Of a stretch of DNA of 32,000 bases, positions 14,943 through 25,070 are shown piece after piece. The stretch spans positions 51,719 through 83,718 of the forward strand of contig JBEKOX010000001.1 in assembly GCA_049521335.1 (NCBI GenBank). Reading direction: 5' to 3'. Source of the DNA: Chitinispirillaceae bacterium. GTDB lineage: Bacteria; Fibrobacterota; Chitinivibrionia; Chitinivibrionales; Chitinispirillaceae. The notes under the pieces are model-generated. The model was not told the DNA's origin. It was given only the letters and a program-made list of their open reading frames with translations, and searched no databases. Every line of letters begins with the position of its first letter. Position 1 is the first letter of the stretch. The translations under genes and the position numbers were made by a program.

Positions 14943-15707
14943 TTATTTCCTTCCGAACCCCTTCACCGCCTTCCCGATCTTTTTCATCATCTCCTCCCCG
15001 CCCTTCTTCTGCAGCAGGTTCCCGGTCACGATGATGTCCGCGCCGGCCGCGAGGATCGCTTCGGCGGTTTCGGCGTCGCGGATGCCCCCGCCCACGATGA
15101 GGGGAATGTCGATGAGCTCCTTCACCTTGCGGATCATCTCGCAAGGAACCGTCCGCGGCGCGCCGCTGCCCGCTTCGAGATAGACCAGTTTCATGCCCAG
15201 GTACTGCGCGGCAAGGGCGTGCGCCGCGGCGATGTCGGGCTTTGCGCGCGGCAGCGGCCGGGTGTCGCTCATGAACTCGACCGAGGTGACCGCGCCGGAC
15301 TCCACGAGCATGTAGGCCGTGGCGATGGGTTCGATGCCGAGTCTCCGGATGATCGGCGCGGCCTTGACATGCTCGCCGATGAGGTTCACCGGGTTGCGGC
15401 CCGAGATGAGCGACAGGTAGAGCAGCGCGTCGGCATGGCCGGAAAGCTGCGTCGCGTCGCCGGGGAACAGGATGACCGGAATTGAGATGCTCCGGCGGAC
15501 GCACTTGACGAATAAATCGAATGAGTTGTGGCGCAGGAGGCTGCCGCCGATGAGGACCGCGTCAACGCCGCCCGCGCTCCCGGCCGATTTCGCCACGCGG
15601 GAAGCCTCGCGGGGCGAGAAGTCGTCCGGATCGAGCAGGATCCAGTATTGCCGGGCGCCTTTCGCGACCTTCTTTTGCAATGCCTCAAATACGGATGGCC
15701 GTTTCAT
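14943..15707 (-). CDS. Geranylgeranylglyceryl/heptaprenylglyceryl phosphate synthase family protein (PcrB/GGGPS-like)
   Basis: From ATG 15707 (MKRPSVFEAL...) the protein has YWILLDPDD, VDAVLIGGS, PVILFPGD, LISGRNP, LVYLEAGSGAP and PLIVGGGIRDAETAEAILAAGADIIVTGN. All are collinear with the PcrB/GGGPS TIM-barrel motifs. The ATG overlaps the alaS TGA (ATGA at 15704-15707). The longer track ORF (to 15899) is an upstream extension inside alaS. Confidence 0.8.
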   Translation of the reverse strand: MKRPSVFEALQKKVAKGARQYWILLDPDDFSPREASRVAKSAGSAGGVDAVLIGGSLLRHNSFDLFVKCVRRSISIPVILFPGDATQLSGHADALLYLSLISGRNPVNLIGEHVKAAPIIRRLGIEPIATAYMLVESGAVTSVEFMSDTRPLPRAKPDIAAAHALAAQYLGMKLVYLEAGSGAPRTVPCEMIRKVKELIDIPLIVGGGIRDAETAEAILAAGADIIVTGNLLQKKGGEEMMKKIGKAVKGFGRK

Positions 15708-18382
15708 GGCGCGGCCTTTACTTTTTCGGTGATGAGGCGGGCGGCCGCGGCGAGCGCCTCGGGAAGCCTGCCGGGCTCCCTGCCGCCCGCTTGCGCGCGG
15801 GACGGGGACCCTCCCCCGCTTCCCGCTACGATGGCCGACGCGGCCTTGACGATCTCGCCGCAATGCGCGCCATATTTGACAGCGGCGTTTCCCGCGCACG
15901 CCGAGAGCATGACGGCGCCGTCCGTAACGCCGGCGAGCACGACGAGCGCGGCATCGAGTTTCTGGCGCTTGATGGCGTCGGATACCGCGTTGAATATGTC
16001 GTTGAAGCTTTTCTTATCGGTATTCCCGAGCGTGTGCACGTTCCACTTCACCGCTCCCTCCCGGGTCAGGGCGGTTTCGAGAATAAGATCCGCCGTGAGC
16101 CGCGCCTGCTCGGCGGCAAGCGAGGCAAGCCTGGCCTGCAATTCGGCCGCCGCGTCGATCGTCGCGCGGAGCCGGTCGATGACGGATTCCCGGTTACTTT
16201 TCAGAAGCGTTGCGGCCTGCGAAAGCAGCCGGTCGTTCTGCTGAAAGAGGCGCGCGCTTTCGAGACCGGTAATCGCCTCGATGCGCCGCACGCCCGAGGC
16301 GATGCTCGACTCCTCTACAATGTGGAAAAGGCCGATCTGCCCCGTGGCTTTTACGTGCGTTCCGCCGCAGAGCTCCTTGGAAACGACGCCCATGGATACC
16401 ACGCGCACCGAGTCGCCGTACTTTTCGCCGAAGAGCGCCGTCGCGCCTTCGCGTTTCGCGGTCTCGACATCCTTGATATCGGTGTTCACGGTCAGATTTT
16501 CAAGGATCCATCCATTCACGAGATTTTCCACCCTGGCAATCTCGTCCGCTTCGAGGGCCTTGAAATGGGTAAAGTCGAAGCGAAGGCTTTTATCGTCCAC
16601 CCGCGATCCCGACTGGTTCACGTGTCCGCCAAGTTCCTTCCTGAGCGCCGCCTGCAGGAGGTGGGTCGCGGAGTGGTTGCGCCGGATCGCGGCGCGGCGC
16701 TCGCCCTGGATGGACGCCATGAGCGGTCTGGTGAAGTCGTCGCGAATCAGAACCGCGTCGGTCGACGCGCGCTGGATGACAAGGTCGTTCCATTTGAACG
16801 TATCGTCGATCCAGAGGGTTTTGCCCGAAGCGGTGGTGAGGATTCCGACATCGCCCACTTGACCGCCGGATGAGGCATAGAACGGCGTTCTGTCGAGAAT
16901 GAGGAGATAGGCGGTTGTTCCATCCTCGCGGTCGAGAACCTTGTAGCGGCAGACGTTGACATCCGCGTTATCCATCTCGTAGCCGACGAAAACGGTTCCG
17001 CTGCAGGGAGCGATGTCGATCCACCCCTCGGGCGAAAGGCCCGACTCATCCGCCTTGCGCGCCTCGCGTCCCCGCGCTTTCTGCTCCTCCATGGCGCGCT
17101 CGAACTCCGCCTCGTTCACCGAAAGCCCCTTCTCCGAGGCCATGAGGCGGGTAAGGTCCATGGGGAATCCGTAGGTGTCGTACAGGGTAAAGAGATCGGC
17201 GCCGGAAAGCCGGGTGTCGCCGCGTTTAACGCTCAGGTCGACCATGACGTTGAATCTCTGGAGGCCCTGTTCGAGCGTCGCGCCGAACCGTTCCTCCTCG
17301 GCGCGGATCACCTCCTCGACATAGGCGCGACGCTCCTTGATTTCCGGGAATGCCTCGCCCATTAACGACTGGAGAGGCGCGACCAGCCGGTAGAGATAGG
17401 GCCCGTTGAGCCCGAGTTCCCGGCCAAAACGCGCCGCGCGGCGCAGGAGCCTGCGCACCACGTACCCCCGACCTTCGTTCGAAGGAAAAACGCCGTCGGT
17501 TATGGCAAATACAAGAGAGCGGATATGGTCGGCGGCTACCCGGAACGCCGTTCCGGCCGCGCCCGGATCGTAGGCGCGGCCGCTGATCTCCTCGATAGCC
17601 GCGATGATGGGCCGGAAGAGATCGGTATGGTAGTTCGAATCGACCCCCTGGAGCACGGCGACGAGGCGCTCGAACCCCATGCCGGTATCCACAAACTTGG
17701 CGGCGAGCGGAACGAGGGCCCCGCCCTTTTCTCTGTTATATTGAATAAAAACGAGATTCCACAACTCGCGGTACCGGGCGTTCTCACCATTTACCCCCGC
17801 AATCGGGTCCGAGAAGGTGGCGTCGCGCGTGGCGGCATCGCCCATATCGAAGTGAATTTCGGAGCATGGTCCGCACGGACCGGTCTCCCCCATCTCCCAG
17901 AAGTTACTCTTGTCGCCAAAAGGAAGGATGCGGGTGCGGGCGATATCGGTTTCGCTTTGCCAACAGGCGATTGCCTCCTCGTCGGTGGCGTGCACCGTCG
18001 CGAACAGCCGGTCCCTGGGCAGTTTCCACACCTCGGTGAGAAGCTCCCATGCCCAGCGGATCGCCTCTTTCTTGTAATAATCGCCGAACGACCAGTTGCC
18101 GAGCATCTCGAAAAAAGTGTGGTGGTAGTGATCGCGGCCCACCTCTTCGAGGTCGTTGTGCTTGCCCGAGACACGCATGCATTTCTGGGAGTTCGCCGCC
18201 CGCTTGAGCCCGCGCGGATTTTCTCCCAGGAAAATCGACTTGAACTGGTTCATCCCCGCGTTGGTAAAGAGGAGGGTGGGATCGTCCGGCGGAACGACCG
18301 GCGCGCTGCGGATGAATAGATGGTCGCGCTCTTCAAAAAAGGTGATGAACTTCTCACGGATCTCGTTGGATGTTGTTTTCAT
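15704..18382 (-). CDS. alaS: Alanine--tRNA ligase
   Basis: An 892-aa ORF. The N-terminus is MKTTSNEIREKFITFFEERDHLFIRSAPVVPPDDPTLLFTNAGMNQFK. The editing-domain HSATHLL and CGGTHV motifs and a C-terminal DHHA1-like tail are present. Confidence 0.95.
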   Translation of the reverse strand: MKTTSNEIREKFITFFEERDHLFIRSAPVVPPDDPTLLFTNAGMNQFKSIFLGENPRGLKRAANSQKCMRVSGKHNDLEEVGRDHYHHTFFEMLGNWSFGDYYKKEAIRWAWELLTEVWKLPRDRLFATVHATDEEAIACWQSETDIARTRILPFGDKSNFWEMGETGPCGPCSEIHFDMGDAATRDATFSDPIAGVNGENARYRELWNLVFIQYNREKGGALVPLAAKFVDTGMGFERLVAVLQGVDSNYHTDLFRPIIAAIEEISGRAYDPGAAGTAFRVAADHIRSLVFAITDGVFPSNEGRGYVVRRLLRRAARFGRELGLNGPYLYRLVAPLQSLMGEAFPEIKERRAYVEEVIRAEEERFGATLEQGLQRFNVMVDLSVKRGDTRLSGADLFTLYDTYGFPMDLTRLMASEKGLSVNEAEFERAMEEQKARGREARKADESGLSPEGWIDIAPCSGTVFVGYEMDNADVNVCRYKVLDREDGTTAYLLILDRTPFYASSGGQVGDVGILTTASGKTLWIDDTFKWNDLVIQRASTDAVLIRDDFTRPLMASIQGERRAAIRRNHSATHLLQAALRKELGGHVNQSGSRVDDKSLRFDFTHFKALEADEIARVENLVNGWILENLTVNTDIKDVETAKREGATALFGEKYGDSVRVVSMGVVSKELCGGTHVKATGQIGLFHIVEESSIASGVRRIEAITGLESARLFQQNDRLLSQAATLLKSNRESVIDRLRATIDAAAELQARLASLAAEQARLTADLILETALTREGAVKWNVHTLGNTDKKSFNDIFNAVSDAIKRQKLDAALVVLAGVTDGAVMLSACAGNAAVKYGAHCGEIVKAASAIVAGSGGGSPSRAQAGGREPGRLPEALAAAARLITEKVKAAP

Positions 18383-18469
18383 GAGACGCTATTTTCAAGT
18401 GAAGAGGCTGTCAAGAACCGGCACAGGCGTGAAGCGTCGCCCCATTTCCACCAGGTAAACGACACCTTC

Positions 18470-19537
18470 CTACTCTCCGGGCGCGGGCTCTTCCGGAGCG
18501 ATAGTTCCCTTATGGACGGCGCCCTTCTCTCTCACTTTTTTCTCTATTTCTTCCAGAACATCGCGATGTGAGGTGAGAAAATCTCTGGCCTTCTCCCTCC
18601 CCTGTCCGATCCGTTCGCCCTGGTAGGAGAACCAGGCGCCGCTTTTTTCGACGATCTGCATTTCGACCGCAAGGTCCAGCACATCCCCTTCAAAGGAGAT
18701 TCCCTTGCCGTACAGGATGTCGAACTCGGCGTCACGGAATGGCGGGGCGACCTTATTTTTAACGACCTTTGCGCGCGTGCGGCTGCCGATAACCGTCTCA
18801 CCGTCCTTGATAGCGGCGATGCGACGAATGTCGATGCGCACCGAAGCATAGAATTTAAGGGCGTTGCCCCCGGTGGTCGTTTCGGGATTGCCGAACATGA
18901 CCCCGATTTTCATGCGAAGCTGGTTGATAAAAATAAGGATGGTGTTGGATTTCGACAGGATGCCGGTGAGCTTCCGGAGCGCCTGCGACATGAGCCGCGC
19001 CTGGAGCCCCATGTGACTGTCGCCCATCTCTCCTTCGATTTCGGCCGCCGGCACCAGCGCGGCGACGCTGTCGACCACGATGATATCGATGGCGTTGCTC
19101 CGGATGAGGGTATCGGCGATTTCGAGCGCCTGCTCGCCGGTGTCTGGTTGCGAAACAAGAAGGTTGTCGATATCAACGCCCAGGCCCCTGGCATAGGTGG
19201 CGTCGAAGGCGTATTCGGCATCGATGAGCACCGCGATGCCGCCTTTACGCTGCGCATTGGCGATCGCGTGGAGCGCAAGCGTGGTTTTTCCCGATGATTC
19301 CGGGCCGAATATCTCGATGACTCTTCCCTTGGGCAGGCCGCCGACGCCGAGCGCAAGGTCAAGCGACAGCGACCCGGTTGATATGACCGGAACGTCGCTC
19401 TTGAGCCCCGCGGTTCCCAGCCGCATAATCGCCCCCTTGCCGTGCTGCTTCTCGATCTGGCTTACCGCCTGCTCGATTGCCGCGCTCCTGCCGTGATCGT
19501 CGTGACTTTCCTCCGGCGTCGCACCTTTTTTCGCCAT
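18470..19537 (-). CDS. recA: Recombinase RecA
   Basis: A 355-aa ORF with Walker [13 protein letters not shown], plus [50 protein letters not shown] is upstream of the ATG. Confidence 0.95.
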   Translation of the reverse strand: MAKKGATPEESHDDHGRSAAIEQAVSQIEKQHGKGAIMRLGTAGLKSDVPVISTGSLSLDLALGVGGLPKGRVIEIFGPESSGKTTLALHAIANAQRKGGIAVLIDAEYAFDATYARGLGVDIDNLLVSQPDTGEQALEIADTLIRSNAIDIIVVDSVAALVPAAEIEGEMGDSHMGLQARLMSQALRKLTGILSKSNTILIFINQLRMKIGVMFGNPETTTGGNALKFYASVRIDIRRIAAIKDGETVIGSRTRAKVVKNKVAPPFRDAEFDILYGKGISFEGDVLDLAVEMQIVEKSGAWFSYQGERIGQGREKARDFLTSHRDVLEEIEKKVREKGAVHKGTIAPEEPAPGE

Positions 19538-19779
19538 GGCGTGCCTCCTTTCAGGATTTATTTCCGTCCTGTTGGACGAGCGGAAATTTTAAAGATAAAA
19601 CATGGCGGGAGAAAAGGGAAACGGCGGGCCCATTTTTTCTTGCTTTGGCCGGGGAAATCCGTTTATTTTATTACCCTTGTCGTTGAAATTCCCGTCATGG
19701 CGAAATATTCCATTCAGCGGCAAAACGGTTTTGTTTCATAAACACTTTACAGGGGATCTCCCCGGAAGAGGACGGGCTT

Positions 19780-20085
19780 ATGAAATGGTATCATTACGTT
19801 GCATGCTTTTTTGCGGGCATGTTTCTTGCCAATTTCGTTCCGCATTTTATCCATGGCGTTTCCGGCCTGTCATTTCCGACACCGTTCGCAAATCCTCCGG
19901 GCATAGGCAAGTCCTCTCCGACGGTAAATGTCCTGTGGGGTTTGCTTAACCTGGTCATCGGCTATATTTTATTCCGGGCCGGGAAAATCGCAACGGCAAA
20001 AATAGCGAATCTCGTGGTATTTTTTGCGGGTATTCTGCTCATTAGCGTGATGTTGAGCCATGCCTTTGCAAAGATACCCCGATAA
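19780..20085 (+). CDS. Small integral membrane protein (about 3 predicted TM helices), unknown function
   Basis: A 101-aa ORF with hydrophobic segments (VACFFAGMFLANFV, VLWGLLNLVIGYILF, LVVFFAGILLISVML). No family was recognised. Confidence 0.45.
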   Translation: MKWYHYVACFFAGMFLANFVPHFIHGVSGLSFPTPFANPPGIGKSSPTVNVLWGLLNLVIGYILFRAGKIATAKIANLVVFFAGILLISVMLSHAFAKIPR

Positions 20086-20186
20086 TAAACCGTCAGTTTC
20101 ACGGGCAGCGTGAACGCCGGGATTCTAACCGTTGCTTTCTGAATAAGGGCGCGGAACCCCGACTCTCCGCAAGGATGTAACCAACC

Positions 20187-22316
20187 ATGACAACGACATC
20201 GGACGATGCCGTGAAAACACCCGCGTCGCCGCATACCGTAGCGATTACTCCCGCCGCCGACTGCGCCATCACCGATTTCGATACCTACCTTTTCCGGCAG
20301 GGAAACCATTTCAAGTTGTACAAAAAATTCGGCGCGCATATCGTAACGAACGCCGAAGGCGTAACCGGGGTTCAATTTGTCGTATGGGCGCCGAATGCGA
20401 AGCGGGTGTCGGTGGTCGGTGATTTCAACGGATGGAATGCGGAAGCGAATCCTTGCTGCTCCCGGACCGACGAATCGGGCATCTGGGAGGGCTTCGTGGC
20501 CGGGCTCGGGGAGGGCAGCCTCTATAAGTACCACATCGAATCCCGTTTTCACCATTACGCGGCCAACCGCGCCGATCCCTTCGCGTTTTACTGGGAAAAG
20601 TCGCCGTCGACCTCTCCGATCGTCAGGCAGCTCGACTACCGGTGGCGCGACGCGTCGTGGATGGCGACGCGCAGGGAACGCAACGCCATTGATAAGCCGG
20701 AATCTATCTACGAAATGCATATCGGTTCGTGGCGTCGGAGAAGCGATCGGAAGGACGACTGGTTGAACTACCGGGAACTGGCCCCGCTTCTTGCCGACTA
20801 CCTGAACGGGCTCAAGTTTACCCATGTGGAATTCATGCCCGTCATGGAACATCCGTTCTACGGCTCATGGGGATACCAGACCACCGGGTATTTCGCCCCG
20901 ACAAGCCGGTACGGGACGCCGCAGGACTTCATGTATCTTGTCGATCATCTGCACCGAAACGGCATCGGGGTGCTGCTCGACTGGGTTCCCTCGCATTTCC
21001 CGGGCGATGAACACGGGCTGGTCTATTATGACGGCACGCACCTCTATGAACATGCCGACCCTCGCGAGGGGTTTCATCCGGATTGGAAAAGCCACATTTT
21101 CAACTACGGCAGGGGGGAAGTGCGGTCGTTTCTTTTTTCCAGCGCGATGTTCTGGCTGGATAAGTTTCATATCGATGGACTGCGCGTCGACGCGGTTGCA
21201 TCGATGCTCTATCGCGACTATTCCCGCAAATCAGGGGAGTGGATCGCGAACAAGTTCGGCGGTCGCGAAAATCTCGAAGCCATCGATTTTCTGAAACGGC
21301 TCAATGAAGAGGTTTACAAGACTTTCCCCGAGGTCCAGATGATCGCCGAGGAATCCACCGCGTGGCCCATGGTGTCCAGACCAACCTACGTGGGCGGACT
21401 CGGCTTCGGCATGAAGTGGAATATGGGCTGGATGCACGACGTGCTGTATTATATGGGAAAGGATCCCGTGCACCGGAAGTATCACCACCAGGAGCTCACC
21501 TTCAGCATGCTGTACGCGTTTACCGAAAACTACGTGCTCTCCCTTTCCCACGATGAGGTCGTTCACGGCAAGAGGTCGCTGGTAAACAAGATGCCCGGGG
21601 ATGACTGGCAGCGGCTTGCGAATCTGCGCCTTCTTTTCGCTTTCCAGTTTACTTATCCCGGAAAGAAGCTGCTTTTCATGGGAGATGAATTCGCCCAGTG
21701 GCGGGAATGGGGGCATGATACCGCGCTCGACTGGAACCTGACCGCCTACGACCGACACCGGGGAATAAGCCTTCTGGTACGCGACCTCAATACTCTTTAC
21801 CGGACCGTTCCGGCGCTGCATGAGCTGGACTGCGAAAGGGCGGGGTTCGAGTGGGTCGATTTCAACGATTGGGAAAAGAGCGTCATCTCCTACCTGCGCA
21901 AGGGGAAAGATTCCGACGATGTCGTTCTCGTGGTGTGCAATTTTACTCCGGTGCCTCGCCATAAGTATCTGGTCGGCGTGCCGGCGAAGGGCGTCTGGAA
22001 GGAGATTTTCAACAGCGATGCGGCGTTCTATGGCGGCAGCAATCTCGGCAACTCCGGAAGCGTGACATCGACCGATACGCCGTGTTTCGACAGGAAGCAA
22101 TCGCTCGAGCTGACGCTTCCACCCCTTGGCGCGCTCGTGTTCCGGCATGAAAAGCCCGCCGCGCCCCCTCCCCCCGCTGCCGAAAAGAGCGAGGAGGTCG
22201 ATGTCGCCGCCGGCACCCCGGCTATTTCCGCGGCGGACAAGCGGGCCGTCAGCGTTCGGGCCATTCCCGCAGCGGACACAAGCGCCGACGCGGAATTGCC
22301 GACGGACCCCGCCTAA
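20187..22316 (+). CDS. glgB: 1,4-alpha-glucan branching enzyme
   Basis: A 709-aa ORF with GH13 motifs: DWVPSHF, GLRVDAVASMLY, MIAEESTAWP, LSHDEVVHGK. The N-terminal region is FRQGNHFKLYKKFGAH. An Ala/Pro-rich tail of about 70 aa is at the C-terminus. Confidence 0.92.
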   Translation: MTTTSDDAVKTPASPHTVAITPAADCAITDFDTYLFRQGNHFKLYKKFGAHIVTNAEGVTGVQFVVWAPNAKRVSVVGDFNGWNAEANPCCSRTDESGIWEGFVAGLGEGSLYKYHIESRFHHYAANRADPFAFYWEKSPSTSPIVRQLDYRWRDASWMATRRERNAIDKPESIYEMHIGSWRRRSDRKDDWLNYRELAPLLADYLNGLKFTHVEFMPVMEHPFYGSWGYQTTGYFAPTSRYGTPQDFMYLVDHLHRNGIGVLLDWVPSHFPGDEHGLVYYDGTHLYEHADPREGFHPDWKSHIFNYGRGEVRSFLFSSAMFWLDKFHIDGLRVDAVASMLYRDYSRKSGEWIANKFGGRENLEAIDFLKRLNEEVYKTFPEVQMIAEESTAWPMVSRPTYVGGLGFGMKWNMGWMHDVLYYMGKDPVHRKYHHQELTFSMLYAFTENYVLSLSHDEVVHGKRSLVNKMPGDDWQRLANLRLLFAFQFTYPGKKLLFMGDEFAQWREWGHDTALDWNLTAYDRHRGISLLVRDLNTLYRTVPALHELDCERAGFEWVDFNDWEKSVISYLRKGKDSDDVVLVVCNFTPVPRHKYLVGVPAKGVWKEIFNSDAAFYGGSNLGNSGSVTSTDTPCFDRKQSLELTLPPLGALVFRHEKPAAPPPPAAEKSEEVDVAAGTPAISAADKRAVSVRAIPAADTSADAELPTDPA

Positions 22317-23218
22317 GCGGTTCCTTTCCCGTCGGCGGTTTCATCCTCGGCGCACTCCTGCTCCTCCATGAGCCGTTTTCGTTTGTCGTTACGGATTTTC
22401 ACGGCGATGAACGCGAGGATGGCGAGAAGCGCGCCGAGGAACCAGAAAAGATAGGCATCGCTGAAAAAAAACACTCCCCGATAGCGCTCCACGATGTAAT
22501 TCCTCACCAGCCGGTCCAGTTCAGCATCTGTCAATCCGTACTCCTGCTTGAGCGCGGCGTCGAACGAGCCGCAGGAACGAAGCGCCCGCAACAGCTCCGG
22601 AATGCCGTCGAGGCCGTAGCGGTCGATCATCCAGGCGACAGCCAGGTGACTTTCGCTATAGGCAAGCTCCGCCTCGTGAACGTCGAAACGGTTGACCATT
22701 TCGATGGAGTCGAGCGGCAGGAGCTTACGGGTGAAAACGGCCCGGGAGAGCGACAGCTGCTCATCGAAGGAGAGCTGGCCGGAGAGGGTCATGGCGAGTC
22801 CCTCGTGGAACCAGCGCGGCACATGGAGCCGGCCGTAGGCCCGTTCCAGGGCGATATGGGTAAGTTCGTGAACGGTTACCTGCGGAAGGGTTACATCGGG
22901 CAGCGGCGAGCGGTCGATGGGAATGACGATGAGATCCCGCCCCACGGCGCCTCCACCTCCCCACTCCGGCAGGCGAACGCTCTGCTTCCTTTGATCGAGG
23001 CGGGAGTAGTAGACGACGGTGATCGCCCGGCGGTCGAGCGCCGCTTCCGGCGCGACCGCCTTCCATATCCTTTCGTAGTTGCGCATGGCGAATGAGCGGG
23101 TAATGGTGGAAGGAACCCTGCCGCTGAGCGCAATCGTCGAGTCCGCCGGATCTTCAACCGCCAGCGCCGGTCCGGCGAACAGCCGGAGCATCAGCGGAAT
23201 GAAAATGCGGTACAACAT
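22313..23218 (-). CDS. Membrane-anchored MA-clan zinc metallopeptidase-like protein (HExxH)
   Basis: A signal-like N-terminus MLYRIFIPLMLRLFAGPALA, HExxH as VHELTHI with a downstream WFHEGLA, a C-terminal TM helix (LFWFLGALLAILAFIAV) and an acidic tail. Confidence 0.6.
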   Translation of the reverse strand: MLYRIFIPLMLRLFAGPALAVEDPADSTIALSGRVPSTITRSFAMRNYERIWKAVAPEAALDRRAITVVYYSRLDQRKQSVRLPEWGGGGAVGRDLIVIPIDRSPLPDVTLPQVTVHELTHIALERAYGRLHVPRWFHEGLAMTLSGQLSFDEQLSLSRAVFTRKLLPLDSIEMVNRFDVHEAELAYSESHLAVAWMIDRYGLDGIPELLRALRSCGSFDAALKQEYGLTDAELDRLVRNYIVERYRGVFFFSDAYLFWFLGALLAILAFIAVKIRNDKRKRLMEEQECAEDETADGKGTA

Positions 23219-23407
23219 GATCGGCGGCCGTTTCTTCCCGGATGAAATTGCCGGAAGTCACCCTCTCGGGCGGTCAGGGGTACCTGAAAAATAGATGCGG
23301 GAGGTTGGAGCGCTCTTCAGATAGTATTTTTAAACCTCTTCAAACGGCTGCCGGAAGTTGTTCGCCACACAGGCGGGAGCCCCTGCGCGAAGAAGAGGAG
23401 ATCTCCC

Positions 23408-24925
23408 ATGTCGCCAAAAGAGTGCATAGGCGCCTTTCTGTCCGGGAAGGCTGCGGACGAAATCGATGCGGGGTTTCTGGCTTATCTTGCCAATCTCGCG
23501 AATGTCGCCGACGTCGCTCCCGTAATCGCGCGCTCAATTGTCTCGGAGCTTGCCGACCAGCGTTCGAATTTGAAACTCATCGCCAGCGAAAATTATTGTT
23601 CGCTTGCAACGCAGCTTGCAATGGGCAATCTGCTCACCGATAAATATGCCGAGGGGTTCCCTTACCATCGCTTTTATGCCGGGTGCGGAAACATCGATGC
23701 CATCGAAGCATACGCCGCGGATCAAGCATGCCGTCTTTTCGGTTGTGAACACGCCTACGTGCAGCCGCACAGCGGCGCCGATGCCAATCTCATCGCTTAT
23801 TGGGCGATTCTGACGACCCGTGTGCAGAATCCCGCCATGAAGGAGCTCTCCGAGACCAACCCCTCGCACCTTTCGCGTGACAAGTGGGAGGAACTTCGAC
23901 ACCGGCTCGGCAACCAGCGTCTTCTCGGCATGGATTACTATTCCGGCGGCCACCTTACCCATGGGTATCGCAACAATGTTTCGGCGCAGATGTTCGATGC
24001 CTACGGTTACGGCGTTGACAAGGAAAGCGGGCTGATCGATTACGACGAGGTGGAGAGGATGGCGCTGGACATAAAGCCCCTTATCCTTCTTGCCGGCTAC
24101 AGCGCATATCCCCGGAAAATCAATTTCGCGCGCATGCGCGCCATCGCCGACCGGACGGGCGCGGTCTTTATGGTGGACATGGCGCATTTTGCCGGCCTTG
24201 TCGCGGGAGGGGTGTTTACGGGCGATTTCAACCCGGTTCCGCATGCGCATGTCGTCACTTCAACGACGCATAAAACGCTCCGGGGCCCGCGCGGCGGACT
24301 TATTTTATGCGTGCATGAGTTTACCGAAAGCGTGGATAAGGGGTGTCCCATCGTCATCGGCGGCCCCCTGGGCCATTGCATGGCGGCAAAGGCGGTGGCG
24401 TTAACCGAGGCGAACGACCCCTCCTTCGGCCAATATGCCCGCAACGTGGTCGAAAATGCCCGAGAACTCGCCGAGGCATGCCGCGCACTCGGAATGCGCG
24501 TGGCAACCGGGGGCACCGACAACCACCTCATGCTGATCGATGTGACGCCGTTCGGCATCACGGGTCGTCAGGCGGAAAGCGCGCTTCGTGAATGCGGCAT
24601 TACCTGTAACCGGAACTCGCTGCCGTACGATCCTAACGGCCCCTGGTATACCAGCGGTCTGCGAATCGGCACGCCGGCGATAACAACCCTTGGCATGGGT
24701 CAGAGCGAAATGCGCGAGATTGCTTCGATTATCCGCACGGCGCTTTCCGCCACCCGGCCTGCGATTGTGCAAGACGGTCAAAGGGCGGGGCAGTCGAGCA
24801 AGGCGAAATACTCTATCGAAGCGAAGACCGGAACCGGGATCCGTGAACGTATTGGCACGCTTCTTGCGAAATTTCCGGTGTATCCGGAGCTTGATCTGGC
24901 ATTTCTCCAAAAGTGGTTCGGATGA
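23408..24925 (+). CDS. glyA: Serine hydroxymethyltransferase (long form, 505 aa)
   Basis: [31 protein letters not shown], the PLP-lysine motif [18 protein letters not shown], and [12 protein letters not shown]. It has extra N-terminal, internal and C-terminal segments relative to ~415-aa enzymes. Confidence 0.9.
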   Translation: MSPKECIGAFLSGKAADEIDAGFLAYLANLANVADVAPVIARSIVSELADQRSNLKLIASENYCSLATQLAMGNLLTDKYAEGFPYHRFYAGCGNIDAIEAYAADQACRLFGCEHAYVQPHSGADANLIAYWAILTTRVQNPAMKELSETNPSHLSRDKWEELRHRLGNQRLLGMDYYSGGHLTHGYRNNVSAQMFDAYGYGVDKESGLIDYDEVERMALDIKPLILLAGYSAYPRKINFARMRAIADRTGAVFMVDMAHFAGLVAGGVFTGDFNPVPHAHVVTSTTHKTLRGPRGGLILCVHEFTESVDKGCPIVIGGPLGHCMAAKAVALTEANDPSFGQYARNVVENARELAEACRALGMRVATGGTDNHLMLIDVTPFGITGRQAESALRECGITCNRNSLPYDPNGPWYTSGLRIGTPAITTLGMGQSEMREIASIIRTALSATRPAIVQDGQRAGQSSKAKYSIEAKTGTGIRERIGTLLAKFPVYPELDLAFLQKWFG

Positions 24926-25070
24926 ACCATGAGTTCATCCGGATAACGTTGTACTATCGGTTTATGGGGCGATTATTGATTTTTCTTTACAGCGACCCGA
25001 GCGCTGATTTATACTTTCACCTAACGCGGGAGCGTGCTATTCTTACCCACTCTTAACAAAAGGAGTAACC

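Noticed and set aside
15680-16873. A 397-aa plus-strand ORF, together with many other long ORFs antisense to alaS, recA, glgB, glyA and glgP. Examples are 15528..16244, 17525..18319, 19962..20852, 21231..22148, 23534..24250 and 30216..30905.
   Set aside because: They lie opposite genes with unmistakable conserved motifs. Their Arg/Ala/Pro/Gly-rich, low-complexity compositions are typical of shadow ORFs in GC-rich DNA, and no motif was recognisable.
22313-22316. A 4-bp tail-to-tail overlap of the glgB stop codon (TAA) and the metallopeptidase-like gene stop codon (TAG) within CTAA, plus the Ala/Pro-rich ~70-aa glgB tail.
   Set aside because: Convergent stop overlap is a common compaction feature with no implied function. 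The low-complexity tail is probably a disordered linker in GC-rich DNA, and the true stop seems correct.
23219-23407. A possible riboswitch (ZTP/pfl or THF type) in the glyA leader, since these often precede glyA and folate genes.
   Set aside because: By eye I could not find the conserved cores, e.g. the CCGCCTGGGC-type pseudoknot segment of ZTP. Only a covariance-model scan (Rfam cmscan) could settle it.
24916-24941. A 9-bp-stem hairpin (cggatgaac / gttcatccg) overlapping the glyA stop codon.
   Set aside because: No T-run follows, so it is not a canonical intrinsic terminator. There is not enough evidence for any specific role.
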